Below, piece after piece: positions 9,967 through 20,177 of a stretch of 48,084 nt of DNA. The position numbers were made by a program, and so were the translations under genes. This DNA is from Gillisia sp. (GTDB lineage Bacteria; Bacteroidota; Bacteroidia; Flavobacteriales; Flavobacteriaceae). The notes beneath the pieces are model-generated. The model was not told the origin of the DNA. It searched no databases and saw nothing but the letters and a program-made list of their open reading frames with translations. Numbering within the stretch: the first letter of the stretch is position 1; each line of letters opens with the position of its first letter. The stretch lies in the NCBI GenBank assembly GCA_024635715.1, contig JAGXIK010000171.1, positions 1 to 48,084 of the forward strand, given 5' to 3'.

Positions 9967-11319
9967 ATGAAGAAAAGTAGTTATTATATATTGTACATAT
10001 TACTAGTTGCATTTGTACAGCCTGCAATGTCACAAAATAACGATTGGCATAAATTCATAAAACCCATTGAAGAATATGTAACTAAAGATTACAAAAAGAT
10101 GTATCGCGAGGCAGGAGGTAATATAAAGCATCCTTTTTTAGTGCCTGGTATGGCATATTCAGATCAGCTTTGGGATTGGGATTCGTACTATGCTAGTATT
10201 GCGATACGTCAAATTCTTACCAATAAGAAAGATAAAAAGGAGTTAGAAATATTTGAGCAGTACGAGAAAGGTTGTGTTTTGAATTTCTTAGACAAAACCT
10301 CAATTGACGGTTGGATACCTATTGTTATTCAAAAAGGTGAAATAACTGGAGAGTTGATGAGTGGGTTTAAAAAACCTAAGGATTTATACTCAGAAAATAT
10401 GCACAAGCCTATGTTGGCTCAGCAAACAGCGTATTTACTCAAGACTTATAAAGATACAGATTGGTTAAAAGAAGAGTTTTCTAAACTTCAGTTTTTTATA
10501 GGAAATTATATAACTTACAGACGCAATGAGGCTACAGGCTTATATGTTTGGACAACAGATCATTATATTGGAGTAGATAATGATCCTAGCACCTTTTTTA
10601 GGCCACCAGGAAGTTCTGCTTCTATTTACCTAAATAGTTTTATGTACAAAGAGCTTTTGGCAATGGTGTACTTAGCTGATAAATTAGGTTATTCTGAAAG
10701 AGTTACATATTATAAAAAAGAGGCAGATAACCTTCTTCAAGCGATACAAGAACACTGCTGGGATGAAAGAGATGAATCTTTTTATAGTGTAGACGTCAAC
10801 CTTATGCCTGTTGAAAAAGATAAATGGGTACTGCATAGTGGTAGCCCAAGAGAATACGATTGTTTGATACAACGAATAGATTATTGGACAAATTTTCTTC
10901 CTTTATGGGCGGGTATTGCTACACCTGAACAAGCAAAAGTTATTGTAGAGAAACATCTTCTTGATGAAAATAGATTCAATGCTCCTTATGGAATTAGAAC
11001 GCTTTCTAAAATGGAAAAAATGTATAACCTTAAGGCAAGTGGAAACCCATCAAATTGGCAAGGACCTATATGGGGTATATCAAATTACTTGGTTTGGAGA
11101 GGTCTTGTTAATTACGGATTTGACGAAGAGGCAAAAGAGATTGCAATAAAAACTATAGTGCTTTTTGGTAAAGATCTAGAAGAGAGTAATACATTGCACG
11201 AGTATTACGATCCTGAAACGGGAAAGCCTATTTTGCATCCAGAGTTTCAGAACTGGAACTTTCTTGTTCTTAACATGATAGCGTGGTTAGAGGGTGATGA
11301 AGTTGTAAGTGGTTTTTAA
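9967..11319 (+). CDS. (alpha/alpha)6-barrel glycoside hydrolase, GH63/GH37 (MGH1/trehalase-like)
   Basis: Signal peptide, QLWDWDSY, GVDNDP, WQGPIW, EYYDPETG. Confidence 0.8.
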   Translation: MKKSSYYILYILLVAFVQPAMSQNNDWHKFIKPIEEYVTKDYKKMYREAGGNIKHPFLVPGMAYSDQLWDWDSYYASIAIRQILTNKKDKKELEIFEQYEKGCVLNFLDKTSIDGWIPIVIQKGEITGELMSGFKKPKDLYSENMHKPMLAQQTAYLLKTYKDTDWLKEEFSKLQFFIGNYITYRRNEATGLYVWTTDHYIGVDNDPSTFFRPPGSSASIYLNSFMYKELLAMVYLADKLGYSERVTYYKKEADNLLQAIQEHCWDERDESFYSVDVNLMPVEKDKWVLHSGSPREYDCLIQRIDYWTNFLPLWAGIATPEQAKVIVEKHLLDENRFNAPYGIRTLSKMEKMYNLKASGNPSNWQGPIWGISNYLVWRGLVNYGFDEEAKEIAIKTIVLFGKDLEESNTLHEYYDPETGKPILHPEFQNWNFLVLNMIAWLEGDEVVSGF

Positions 11320-11448
11320 TTACATATATGAAAGTAAATAGAATTTTATTATAATAAATATGAATTTAGTATATTAATATTCTTATAGAATTGGGTGGAA
11401 TAAGAACTCTTATTCGATAGTTAAGAGGTATTAATAAATACTAAAATT

Positions 11449-12261
11449 ATGAGACTAAAATTAATATTGCTATTTCTAATTTGTAATTCTCTATTTGTAT
11501 TCGCCTCTACCATAGATACGGTTATGGTTGTGAGTAGCTCAATGAATAAATCAATTCCAAATATTGTAATTTTACCTGGTAATTATGCTACTCAAAAAGA
11601 GGGCTTCTCTGTCCTATATTTACTTCATGGTGCTGGTGGAGATTATACTAATTGGCTATCAAAAGTCCCTAGTATCAAAGAGTATGCGGATATATATAAT
11701 ATCATAATTGTTTGTCCTGATGGCGGAACTACGAGTTGGTATTTTGATAGCCCAATAGATAAGGGAATGAAATATGAAACCTTTATTTCAAAAGAACTTA
11801 TCAGTGCAATAGACAAAAAATATAATACATCGGCCGAAAAGACTAACAGAGCCATTACAGGTCTGAGTATGGGAGGTCATGGTGCTTTTTACCTTGCTTT
11901 TAAGCATCCAGATGTTTGGGGAGCAGCTGGAAGTATGAGTGGAGCTGTAGATATTCGTTCTTTTCCAAGTAATTGGGATATTCACAAACGATTAGGCAAT
12001 TATTCTAAACACAAAGAAAACTGGGAGGAAAATACTGTAATTAATATGGTTTATAAGTTGGATGGGAAGAATTTGAAACTGATATTTGATTGTGGAGTTG
12101 ATGATTTCTTTTATAATGCTAACAAGAGATTACATAAGAAGTTGGTTGAGAGAAATATACCACATGACTATATTGAACGCCCAGGGAATCATAATTGGAA
12201 TTATTGGTCAAATTCAATAAAATATCAACTTCTTTTTTTTAACAATTACTTTAAACTATAG
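11449..12261 (+). CDS. Secreted alpha/beta-hydrolase esterase (CE1/XynC-like)
   Basis: VLYLLHG, nucleophile elbow GLSMGG, DCGVDD, PGNHNW, and a signal peptide. Confidence 0.9.
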   Translation: MRLKLILLFLICNSLFVFASTIDTVMVVSSSMNKSIPNIVILPGNYATQKEGFSVLYLLHGAGGDYTNWLSKVPSIKEYADIYNIIIVCPDGGTTSWYFDSPIDKGMKYETFISKELISAIDKKYNTSAEKTNRAITGLSMGGHGAFYLAFKHPDVWGAAGSMSGAVDIRSFPSNWDIHKRLGNYSKHKENWEENTVINMVYKLDGKNLKLIFDCGVDDFFYNANKRLHKKLVERNIPHDYIERPGNHNWNYWSNSIKYQLLFFNNYFKL

Positions 12262-12561
12262 AAAACACCTATTAACCATGTTAAAAATTATAGCCGAAAT
12301 AGCAGTAAATACAAGGGTTATAATCTGACTCAATTTTTGTGTAATTTGACAAGTTTGAAACTCAAAATCGGCTAATATTGTTATACTAAACGGTATATTC
12401 ATTACGGGTTGGAAAAGCGCCAGACTTATATTGTAGTTCCAAATTGTAAGTTTAGTGAAGTGGATGGGAGTTGGCACAGTGAGATAGTCCAATTACTATT
12501 ATTTATGCAATTCTACTAAAAACTAGAAATAAAATAGTTAAACTTAAAACAGATTTAAAAG

Positions 12562-13563
12562 ATGAATAATTTAATAAAAAAAGCAATATTGATTTTCCAG
12601 ACTCTATCTTTATTATTGCTGATATCCTGTAGTGAAAAGGATATAGTTGAACCTAATCCTGAACCAGTTTACAACACCGTGTTTAAAGATAAGTTATTTA
12701 AAAATGGATTTAATTTACGTTCTACAAACGAAGCAAACCCTGGTCTTGTCGGAAAATTAGACTATGATGGTCAAGCAATAGGTAATCCCGTGTGGAATAT
12801 TGGTCAATGGAACTGTATAAATAATGATTTATTGGATGCTAATTACAATTTTGTAAATAATCAGCATGAATACCTTGTTGGTACAAATGGAAACAAGGTT
12901 ACCGTAAATACAACAGATGGCACTATAACTCTTGAATTAAATACAAGTACAGAATATGGTTTGAATGGAATCACCCATGATCCAAGACGAGAAGGTGAAC
13001 CTTGGCCGACTCTTTTATTAGAATATGAGATACCTAAATCCGAAATCGTAAAGATTTCCGATAAACAGGAGATTAGAATGAAAGTTGACTACAATGTTCA
13101 CAAGTTAGAAGATAAAATGATGCCGTCAACTACTAATCCTGACCTGCACTCGGCACAATTCCAGTGGTTTATAACCGTTCAAAATCGCAATGTCTCATCC
13201 GTTGAATTTGGTCGTTACATCTGGTTTGGGTTTAACTTTCAGGATAAGCGTTTTGATTATGCTCCATATTATGCGGCTCAAGATGGAGGAAAAGAAAACA
13301 ATACAGGTGCATTTATTTATATGCCAGATATGAGACCTCTTATGTCTAGTCAAGGGAAAGCAGAATTAAATAAAGAATTTTCTGTAGACATCGATGTGCT
13401 TCCAATTATTAGAGAAGCATTTGATTTAGCACAAAAGCGCAACTTCCTCACTAAGACTATATGGGAAGACCTTTATATAGGAGCATCAAATATCGGGTGG
13501 GAGGTTCCAGGAACATACGATGTAGCTGTTGATATTCACAAGATAGATATTGTCTTTAGATAA
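12562..13563 (+). CDS. Lipoprotein, uncharacterised GH12-like domain (paralogue 3)
   Basis: Lipobox LISC. Motifs WNIGQW, WPTLL, HSAQF, FGRYIWFG, DKRF, NIGWEVPG. Confidence 0.8.
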   Translation: MNNLIKKAILIFQTLSLLLLISCSEKDIVEPNPEPVYNTVFKDKLFKNGFNLRSTNEANPGLVGKLDYDGQAIGNPVWNIGQWNCINNDLLDANYNFVNNQHEYLVGTNGNKVTVNTTDGTITLELNTSTEYGLNGITHDPRREGEPWPTLLLEYEIPKSEIVKISDKQEIRMKVDYNVHKLEDKMMPSTTNPDLHSAQFQWFITVQNRNVSSVEFGRYIWFGFNFQDKRFDYAPYYAAQDGGKENNTGAFIYMPDMRPLMSSQGKAELNKEFSVDIDVLPIIREAFDLAQKRNFLTKTIWEDLYIGASNIGWEVPGTYDVAVDIHKIDIVFR

Positions 13564-13729
13564 GGATAACCTGTTTAATTAATAACAAATGGTGGTAGTC
13601 TTAAGGATGATTTCACCGTCATCTCTACCGAAATGTATAAATTATAAATTATCAAATGTAAGATTTAGATACGCAGAACTTAAATGTTGTTAACATTTAA
13701 AAACATCCTCATATTTAATTATAAACGTT

Positions 13730-15793
13730 ATGTTTAAAAAGCACATATACCTAAAATTTACAAGTATTATTTTCATGTTGTCAAGCATGATTTCTGCACA
13801 GACTAATAATGATTGGATTCCAATATCTGGTAAATGGAATATAGGTATAGAGGAAATCACCCCTAATAATGTAGATAATAGCAGACTGTATTTGATTAAA
13901 AATAAAGGAAAGCAAAGAAGCGATATATGGGAAAGTATTAGTTGCGATATTAAGGTGACTAAACAAGAAAAGGAATCTCGATTTGGATTTTTACTGAATG
14001 TGAAAGACGATAATGATTATCAAGTTGTACGATTTTACAATGATTCTATAAATCCGAGAATTCAATTTCTTCATTATAAGTATGGTAGATATAATTTATG
14101 GAATGAATTTAAGTTGTCTTCTAGTTTTAAACCGGGGTTAGTTTATAATGTTGCAATAACTAGAGCTCCACTTGTAGATAAAGAAGATTGGAGACCTTGG
14201 AAAATTATAATCACAAATAAAACAGATAATAATATTTTATTGAAAACAGGAATTGACAATATTCAACCTGCAATAGGCAAAGGTATTACGGGATTATATA
14301 CAAATACAAAGGATGTGGTTTTCAGTGATTATACATTAAATGAGCCTGAATATTTTAGAAAAGGGAAGGAATTAGTACTTGCTCCTTTGTTTGCTGATAG
14401 AATGGTATTACAAAGGCAATCAAAAATAAAGTTTTGGGGGGATGCACATGCTAAAGAAAAAATAAGACTAGAAATTGCAGACCAAACATATTCAACTTAC
14501 TCAGATAAAAATGGAAATTGGATTTTATATGTACTCCCTCTAGAAGTACAAACAGGATTAACTATTAAAGTGTTTTCAGAAAAAGATTCATTAATAATTA
14601 ATGATGTTGCTGTAGGAGAAGTATGGATGGCCTCAGGCCAGTCTAATATGGAGATGAGAGCTTGGCAATCGGACGTTTCTAAAAATATGCCAATAGATGA
14701 TGATATTAGGTTTTTTATGCAACCGCACTGGCCTTCATTTGAGGCGTGTTTTAGTAGTGGAGGTAAATGGATTAAGGCGGATTCAACATCGGCCCCTGGA
14801 TTTTCTGCAATTGCAATTAGTTTTGCTAAAGAATTAAAAAATAAATTGAATGTTCCAATTGGAATTATTTCATCTAATTGGGGAGGGACTGCTATTGAAA
14901 GTTGGTTCCCATCTTCAGAACTTGCCACGAATCCTGTCACATCACCTATTTTAGAACAGATAAAGCAATATAAGGCAATACTTGAAAAAGGAAAACAGGT
15001 AAAAGCAAGTTACCCTATGAATTGGTATGTGCCTGGACAGATGCACACACCAGGTTGGTTATACAACGGAATGATAGCTCCTCATATACCTTATGCAATA
15101 AAAGGAGTTATCTGGTATCAAGGAGAATCGAATGCATTCAATGCAAAAAGATATAAGGAACTATTCCCAATGCTGATTAAGTCTTGGAGAAAAAAGTGGA
15201 AAAAAGATGATATGTATTTCTGCTATGTACAACTGTCGGGCTATGATGGAAAAGAATCAGATTCTGACATAAAAGATGCTTGGCCATATATCCGTGACGT
15301 GCAAAGGTTAACTTTAGATAAGTTTAACAATGTAGGAATGGCTGTTTCCGTAGATTTAGGAGAAGAGATAAATATACACCCTTATAGAAAAAATGAAGTA
15401 GGAGTTAGACTTTCAAGATTAGCATTACACGATGTGTATAAGTTTAATGATATTGTACGTAGCGGTCCTTTATACGAAAGTTTGACTGGGGATAAAAATA
15501 ATATAATTGTTCATTTTTCTGATACTGGAGACAAACTTAAAGTATTGAAGGATGAGAAGAACCTTAAAGGCTTTTATATTGCAGGTAAAAATGGCGCTTT
15601 TATTCCTGCTAAAGCAGTTATTATGGCAGATAAAAAAAGTGTAAAAGTATCTAGCGAAAAAGTGAAGCATCCTGTGGCCGTTCGGTATGGCTGGGGTAAT
15701 TTTCCTAGTGAATCAAACTTGGGGAATAGTGCTAATTTACCAGCTTCACCTTTCAGAACAGATGACTACGCATTAGAACTGGAAAGAAAATAA
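13730..15793 (+). CDS. Sialate O-acetylesterase-family (SASA/SGNH) carbohydrate esterase with an extra N-terminal domain
   Basis: GEVWMASGQSNME, WGGTAIESW, WYQGESN, IHP, PASPFRTD. About 200 extra residues precede the LF.DRMVLQR start of the SASA module. Confidence 0.9.
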   Translation: MFKKHIYLKFTSIIFMLSSMISAQTNNDWIPISGKWNIGIEEITPNNVDNSRLYLIKNKGKQRSDIWESISCDIKVTKQEKESRFGFLLNVKDDNDYQVVRFYNDSINPRIQFLHYKYGRYNLWNEFKLSSSFKPGLVYNVAITRAPLVDKEDWRPWKIIITNKTDNNILLKTGIDNIQPAIGKGITGLYTNTKDVVFSDYTLNEPEYFRKGKELVLAPLFADRMVLQRQSKIKFWGDAHAKEKIRLEIADQTYSTYSDKNGNWILYVLPLEVQTGLTIKVFSEKDSLIINDVAVGEVWMASGQSNMEMRAWQSDVSKNMPIDDDIRFFMQPHWPSFEACFSSGGKWIKADSTSAPGFSAIAISFAKELKNKLNVPIGIISSNWGGTAIESWFPSSELATNPVTSPILEQIKQYKAILEKGKQVKASYPMNWYVPGQMHTPGWLYNGMIAPHIPYAIKGVIWYQGESNAFNAKRYKELFPMLIKSWRKKWKKDDMYFCYVQLSGYDGKESDSDIKDAWPYIRDVQRLTLDKFNNVGMAVSVDLGEEINIHPYRKNEVGVRLSRLALHDVYKFNDIVRSGPLYESLTGDKNNIIVHFSDTGDKLKVLKDEKNLKGFYIAGKNGAFIPAKAVIMADKKSVKVSSEKVKHPVAVRYGWGNFPSESNLGNSANLPASPFRTDDYALELERK

Positions 15794-15800
15794 AAAATAG

Positions 15801-18200
15801 ATGAAACAAGATACGATTGTATATAAGTCATTTTTTGTATGGATGCTTATAATATTGATATTTACAAGTAAGCTCTACAGCCAAGAGCAAGCAATAGTTT
15901 CGCCTTCTTTGCTAAATCACAAATGGAATGCTATGTGGATTTCATATCCTGATGCTTCTCTAAAAGATTATGGAGTATTTCATTTTAGAAAAAAATTCAA
16001 CCTTACAAGCATCCCTAAAAATTTCGTAGTTAATGTATCCGGAGACATCAGATATCGTCTATTTGTTAATGGAACAGAAGTTTGTAATGGTCCAGCAAGT
16101 TCAAATTTGGCTAATTGGAATTTTGAGACAGTTGATATTTCAGAATCATTAAAACTAGGAGAAAATATAATTTCTGCTGTGGTATGGAATTTTGGAGAAT
16201 TCAAACATCTTGCACAAATGACGAACAAAACAGCTTTTATTCTTCAAGGCAATAGTCATCAAGAGGAAATTGTAAATACAAATGGTACATGGAAAGTTTT
16301 CAAAGATGAAGCTTATATTAAACCAACTAAAAGGCCAACACACACAACTATTGGCCCTTCTGAAAAATTAGAAGGAAGTAAATACCCTTATGGTTGGAAA
16401 CAGGGAGACTTTGATGACTATAGTTGGAAACAACCAAAAATTATAGGTAATGGTATTCCTAAAGGAAAGTTTACATTTTGGGATTGGGCTTTAGTGCCTA
16501 GAAATATTCCTTTTACAGAATATAAATTTCAACGGTTAAATGAAATAGAAAGATTTGAAAACATAAAAGTCAATTCTAAATTTATTGATGGAGAATCACC
16601 TATTATAATTCCAGCTCATAAAAAAATAAAGATTTTATTAGATCAAACTTTTCTTACAACAGCTTATCCTGAATTGATTATTAGCGGAGGAAAAGGTTCT
16701 GAAATAAAAATCAAATATGCCGAAGCATTAATAGATACTAATGGTGTTAAAGGAAATAGAAATATAGTTGAAGGAAAAAGTATGCCTAATTATATTGTTG
16801 ATATTTTTTATACTGACGGCGGAAAAAACAGAAAGTATCAACCTTTATGGTTTAGAACATATAGATACATTGAAATTAATGTAAATACTGGAGATGAGGC
16901 TCTTACTATTAACGACATTTATGGTTTTTTTACAGCTTATCCTTTTAAAGAAAAGGCTGTTTTCAAAAGCAGCAACACAGAATTAAGGGATATTTGGGAC
17001 ACAGGTTGGCGTACGGCACGTTTGTGTGCCGGAGAGACGTATTATGATTGTCCTTATTACGAGCAATTGCAATATGTAGGAGATACTCGTATTCAAGCAT
17101 TAATATCATTATACGTAACAGGTGATGATAGGTTAATGAGAAAGGCAATAGATCAATTTCATAATTCACAATTGCCTGATGGTCTTACACAAAGTAGATT
17201 CCCTTCTGTAGAGCCTCAAGTAATACCCCCATTTTCATTAATCTGGGTTGAAATGATACACGATTATTGGATGCTTCGCGATGACAACAAATTTGTTAAA
17301 AAGTATGTTAATGGCATTGACAATGTTTTGCATTGGTATGAGCAACATATAGATGAAACAGGAATGTTAGGTCCTATGGATTGGTGGAACTTTGTAGATT
17401 GGTCTTTTGGATCGTGGAATAATGATAGACCGCTTGGAGGAACTCCTACAGGAGCAATAGATGGAAATTCGTCAATAATTACTTTAAAATATGCTCATAC
17501 ACTTCAACTAGCATCAGAGATGTTTGATAATCTTGGATATAAAAACAAGGCTGAAGATTATAAAAATAGAGCGAAATCTTTAATAAAAAGTACATATAAG
17601 TATTGTTGGGATAAGAACAACGGATTGTTAGCAGACACACCTGATAAGAAAACATTTAGTCAACATGCTAATATTGTAGGTATTCTAACAGGTAGTTTCA
17701 ATAAAGAGGAAAATGAAAAAATATTAAGAAAAATACTAGAAGACAAAGAAATAACAGAAACTACTTTTTATTACAAATTCTATTTGGTTGAAGCTATAAG
17801 AAAAGCTGGTTTGTCTAAAGATTATTTTGATATACTAAACGACTGGAAAGAAATGATTGATATTGGACTAACAACTTTTGCAGAGACTCCAGAACCTACA
17901 AGATCAGATTGTCATGCTTGGAGTGCTAGTCCTAATTATCATTTTCTTTCTTATGTATGCGGTATTATCCCTGCATCTCCTGGTTTTAAAACGGTAATAA
18001 TTGAACCGCATCTTGGAGAACTGAATTATATTGAAGTCATAATGCCACATTATAAAGGTGATATTCTTGTTAAATTAAAAAGGAAAGGAGAAAAAGGTAT
18101 TCAGGGAGAAATAGTTTTACCAAAAGGCTTATCCGGAAAATTCATTTGGAATAGAAAGGTAATAATATTAAAAGAAGGGAAACAGGAAATAAAACTATAA
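15801..18200 (+). CDS. GH78 alpha-L-rhamnosidase
   Basis: YRLFVNG, DCPYYEQLQYVGD, FVDW, RSDCHAWSASP, PGFKTVIIEP, and a signal peptide. Confidence 0.92.
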   Translation: MKQDTIVYKSFFVWMLIILIFTSKLYSQEQAIVSPSLLNHKWNAMWISYPDASLKDYGVFHFRKKFNLTSIPKNFVVNVSGDIRYRLFVNGTEVCNGPASSNLANWNFETVDISESLKLGENIISAVVWNFGEFKHLAQMTNKTAFILQGNSHQEEIVNTNGTWKVFKDEAYIKPTKRPTHTTIGPSEKLEGSKYPYGWKQGDFDDYSWKQPKIIGNGIPKGKFTFWDWALVPRNIPFTEYKFQRLNEIERFENIKVNSKFIDGESPIIIPAHKKIKILLDQTFLTTAYPELIISGGKGSEIKIKYAEALIDTNGVKGNRNIVEGKSMPNYIVDIFYTDGGKNRKYQPLWFRTYRYIEINVNTGDEALTINDIYGFFTAYPFKEKAVFKSSNTELRDIWDTGWRTARLCAGETYYDCPYYEQLQYVGDTRIQALISLYVTGDDRLMRKAIDQFHNSQLPDGLTQSRFPSVEPQVIPPFSLIWVEMIHDYWMLRDDNKFVKKYVNGIDNVLHWYEQHIDETGMLGPMDWWNFVDWSFGSWNNDRPLGGTPTGAIDGNSSIITLKYAHTLQLASEMFDNLGYKNKAEDYKNRAKSLIKSTYKYCWDKNNGLLADTPDKKTFSQHANIVGILTGSFNKEENEKILRKILEDKEITETTFYYKFYLVEAIRKAGLSKDYFDILNDWKEMIDIGLTTFAETPEPTRSDCHAWSASPNYHFLSYVCGIIPASPGFKTVIIEPHLGELNYIEVIMPHYKGDILVKLKRKGEKGIQGEIVLPKGLSGKFIWNRKVIILKEGKQEIKL

Positions 18201-18394
18201 AAACAATTAACCAATGCCAAAAAATAAGCATGATTCGGCGATTATTCAAATTTATATAAGTTTTTTAGAAAGGAATAAATGAAATGAAATTATCATTGAA
18301 AAATAGGAACATTAATATAAATATAAAAAAGGCAACGATTGATTATTTTAGAGTTTCCAAAATAAATAAAACAACTAAATATTAATAAAAAATT

Positions 18395-20047
18395 ATGACT
18401 ACACATTTTGGATTTTGGGATTACTTCATTTTTATAGCGTATGCTGTATTAATTTTAGGGGTAGGTTTATGGGTTTCCAGAGATAAAAAAGGGCACCAAA
18501 AGAATGCTGAGGATTATTTTTTGGCAAGTAAATCATTACCTTGGTGGGCTATTGGAGCTTCATTAATTGCCGCAAATATTTCAGCAGAACAGTTTATAGG
18601 AATGTCAGGCTCCGGGTTTGCTTTAGGTTTGGCAATTGCCTCTTATGAATGGATGGCGGCTATTACCTTAATTATTGTTGGAAAATTCTTTTTGCCTATT
18701 TTTATTGAAAAAGGATTGTACACCATTCCTGAATTTGTTGAAAAACGATTTTCTACCAATCTAAAAACCATTTTAGCCGTATTTTGGATTGCACTATATG
18801 TGTTTGTGAATTTAACTTCGGTTTTATATTTAGGTTCTTTGGCATTAGAAACCATTATGGGTATTCCTATGATTTATGGCGTTATTGGATTGGCTTTATT
18901 TGCTGCAGCTTATTCTTTATATGGCGGACTTTCGGCAGTTGCCTGGACGGATGTAATTCAAGTAGTGTTTTTGGTTTTAGGTGGTTTAGCAACTACTTAT
19001 TTAGCTTTAAATACAGTTTCTGGAGGGGAAGGAATGTTTTCAGGTTTGAAAATAATTTATGAAGCTGCTCCTGATAGGTTCGATATGATTTTAGATGAAT
19101 CCAATCCATATTATAAACAATTACCAGGTATTGGCGTATTGATTGGCGGTATGTGGGTAGCAAATTTATATTATTGGGGTTTCAACCAATATATTATTCA
19201 AAGAACCTTGGCGGCCAAATCATTAAAAGAAGCTCAAAAAGGGATTTTATTGGCTGCATTTTTAAAGTTAATCATTCCTTTAATTGTTGTAATTCCGGGA
19301 ATTGCGGCTTATGTTATGGTAAATGATCCTGAGATTATGGCGAGATTGGGTGAAGCTGGATTGAAGAATTTACCAACTTTAGAGCAGGCAGATAAGGCTT
19401 ACCCTTGGTTGCTGCAATTTTTGCCTACCGGATTAAAAGGTGTTGCTTTTGCGGCTTTGGCTGCGGCTATTGTGTCGTCTTTGGCTTCCATGCTAAATTC
19501 AACTTCAACCATTTTTACAATGGATATCTACAAGCAATATATCAACAAAAATGCAAGCGATAAAAGCACCGTAAATATGGGAAGAATCTCAGCCGGTGTT
19601 GCTTTGGCGATTGCTTGCGTTATGGCTCCTTTATTGGGGGGCATTGACCAGGCTTTTCAATTTATTCAGGAATATACCGGCGTTGTGAGCCCGGGGATTT
19701 TAGCCATATTTATTTTGGGATTGTTCTGGAAAAAAACCACAAACAAAGCCGCTATTGTTGGGGCTTTGGTTTCCATACCAATTGCGATGTATTTTAAAGT
19801 GGCTCCTAAAGGATGGTCTACAAGTTCTTTATTTGTTGATGTTCCTTTCTTGGATCAAATGGGCTATACAGCAATACTTACGATGATTGTTATTATAATT
19901 GTGAGTTGGTTTCAACATAACGGAAAAGATGATGAAAAAGGAATTATACTTTCGAAGCAATTATTTAAAACAGGTCCGATATTTAATATTGGTGCCTTTG
20001 CTGTAATGATTATTTTAGTGGCGCTTTATGCAGCTTTCTGGAAATAA
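18395..20047 (+). CDS. Sodium/sugar symporter (SSS family, vSGLT-like)
   Basis: DYFLASKSLPWWAIGASLIAANISAEQFIGMSGSG, YGGLSAVAWTDVIQ, NQYIIQRTL, and many TM segments. Confidence 0.95.
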   Translation: MTTHFGFWDYFIFIAYAVLILGVGLWVSRDKKGHQKNAEDYFLASKSLPWWAIGASLIAANISAEQFIGMSGSGFALGLAIASYEWMAAITLIIVGKFFLPIFIEKGLYTIPEFVEKRFSTNLKTILAVFWIALYVFVNLTSVLYLGSLALETIMGIPMIYGVIGLALFAAAYSLYGGLSAVAWTDVIQVVFLVLGGLATTYLALNTVSGGEGMFSGLKIIYEAAPDRFDMILDESNPYYKQLPGIGVLIGGMWVANLYYWGFNQYIIQRTLAAKSLKEAQKGILLAAFLKLIIPLIVVIPGIAAYVMVNDPEIMARLGEAGLKNLPTLEQADKAYPWLLQFLPTGLKGVAFAALAAAIVSSLASMLNSTSTIFTMDIYKQYINKNASDKSTVNMGRISAGVALAIACVMAPLLGGIDQAFQFIQEYTGVVSPGILAIFILGLFWKKTTNKAAIVGALVSIPIAMYFKVAPKGWSTSSLFVDVPFLDQMGYTAILTMIVIIIVSWFQHNGKDDEKGIILSKQLFKTGPIFNIGAFAVMIILVALYAAFWK

Positions 20048-20088
20048 AAGATAGTTATTTGAGTTTTTTTAATTAAGTATTTTGTTTG

Positions 20089-20120
20089 AAAAGAGAGCTT
20101 AGCAATAAGTTCTCTTTTTT
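20089..20120. terminator. Bidirectional intrinsic terminator between the convergent SSS and GntR genes
   Basis: AAAAGAGAGCTTA-GCAA-TAAGTTCTCTTTT stem with a GNRA loop and A/T tails on both sides. Confidence 0.85.
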
Positions 20121-20177
20121 ATAAACCATTTGTAATTATTTCAATTCAGTAGCGTTATTATCTGGTTTGCTATTTTC

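Noticed and set aside
11398-11415. Palindrome GAATAAGA-AC-TCTTATTC
   Set aside because: Single AT-rich occurrence with a 2-nt loop and no second copy or U-tail, so no function can be supported.
12262-12561. Possible gene or transposase remnant in the 300-bp gap (ORF 12256-12492)
   Set aside because: No convincing motif in the frames I read, and no terminal repeats seen.
1215-20047. Ulvan or rhamnogalacturonan PUL assignment
   Set aside because: No sulfatases, recognisable lyases, GH28 or GH105 in the locus.
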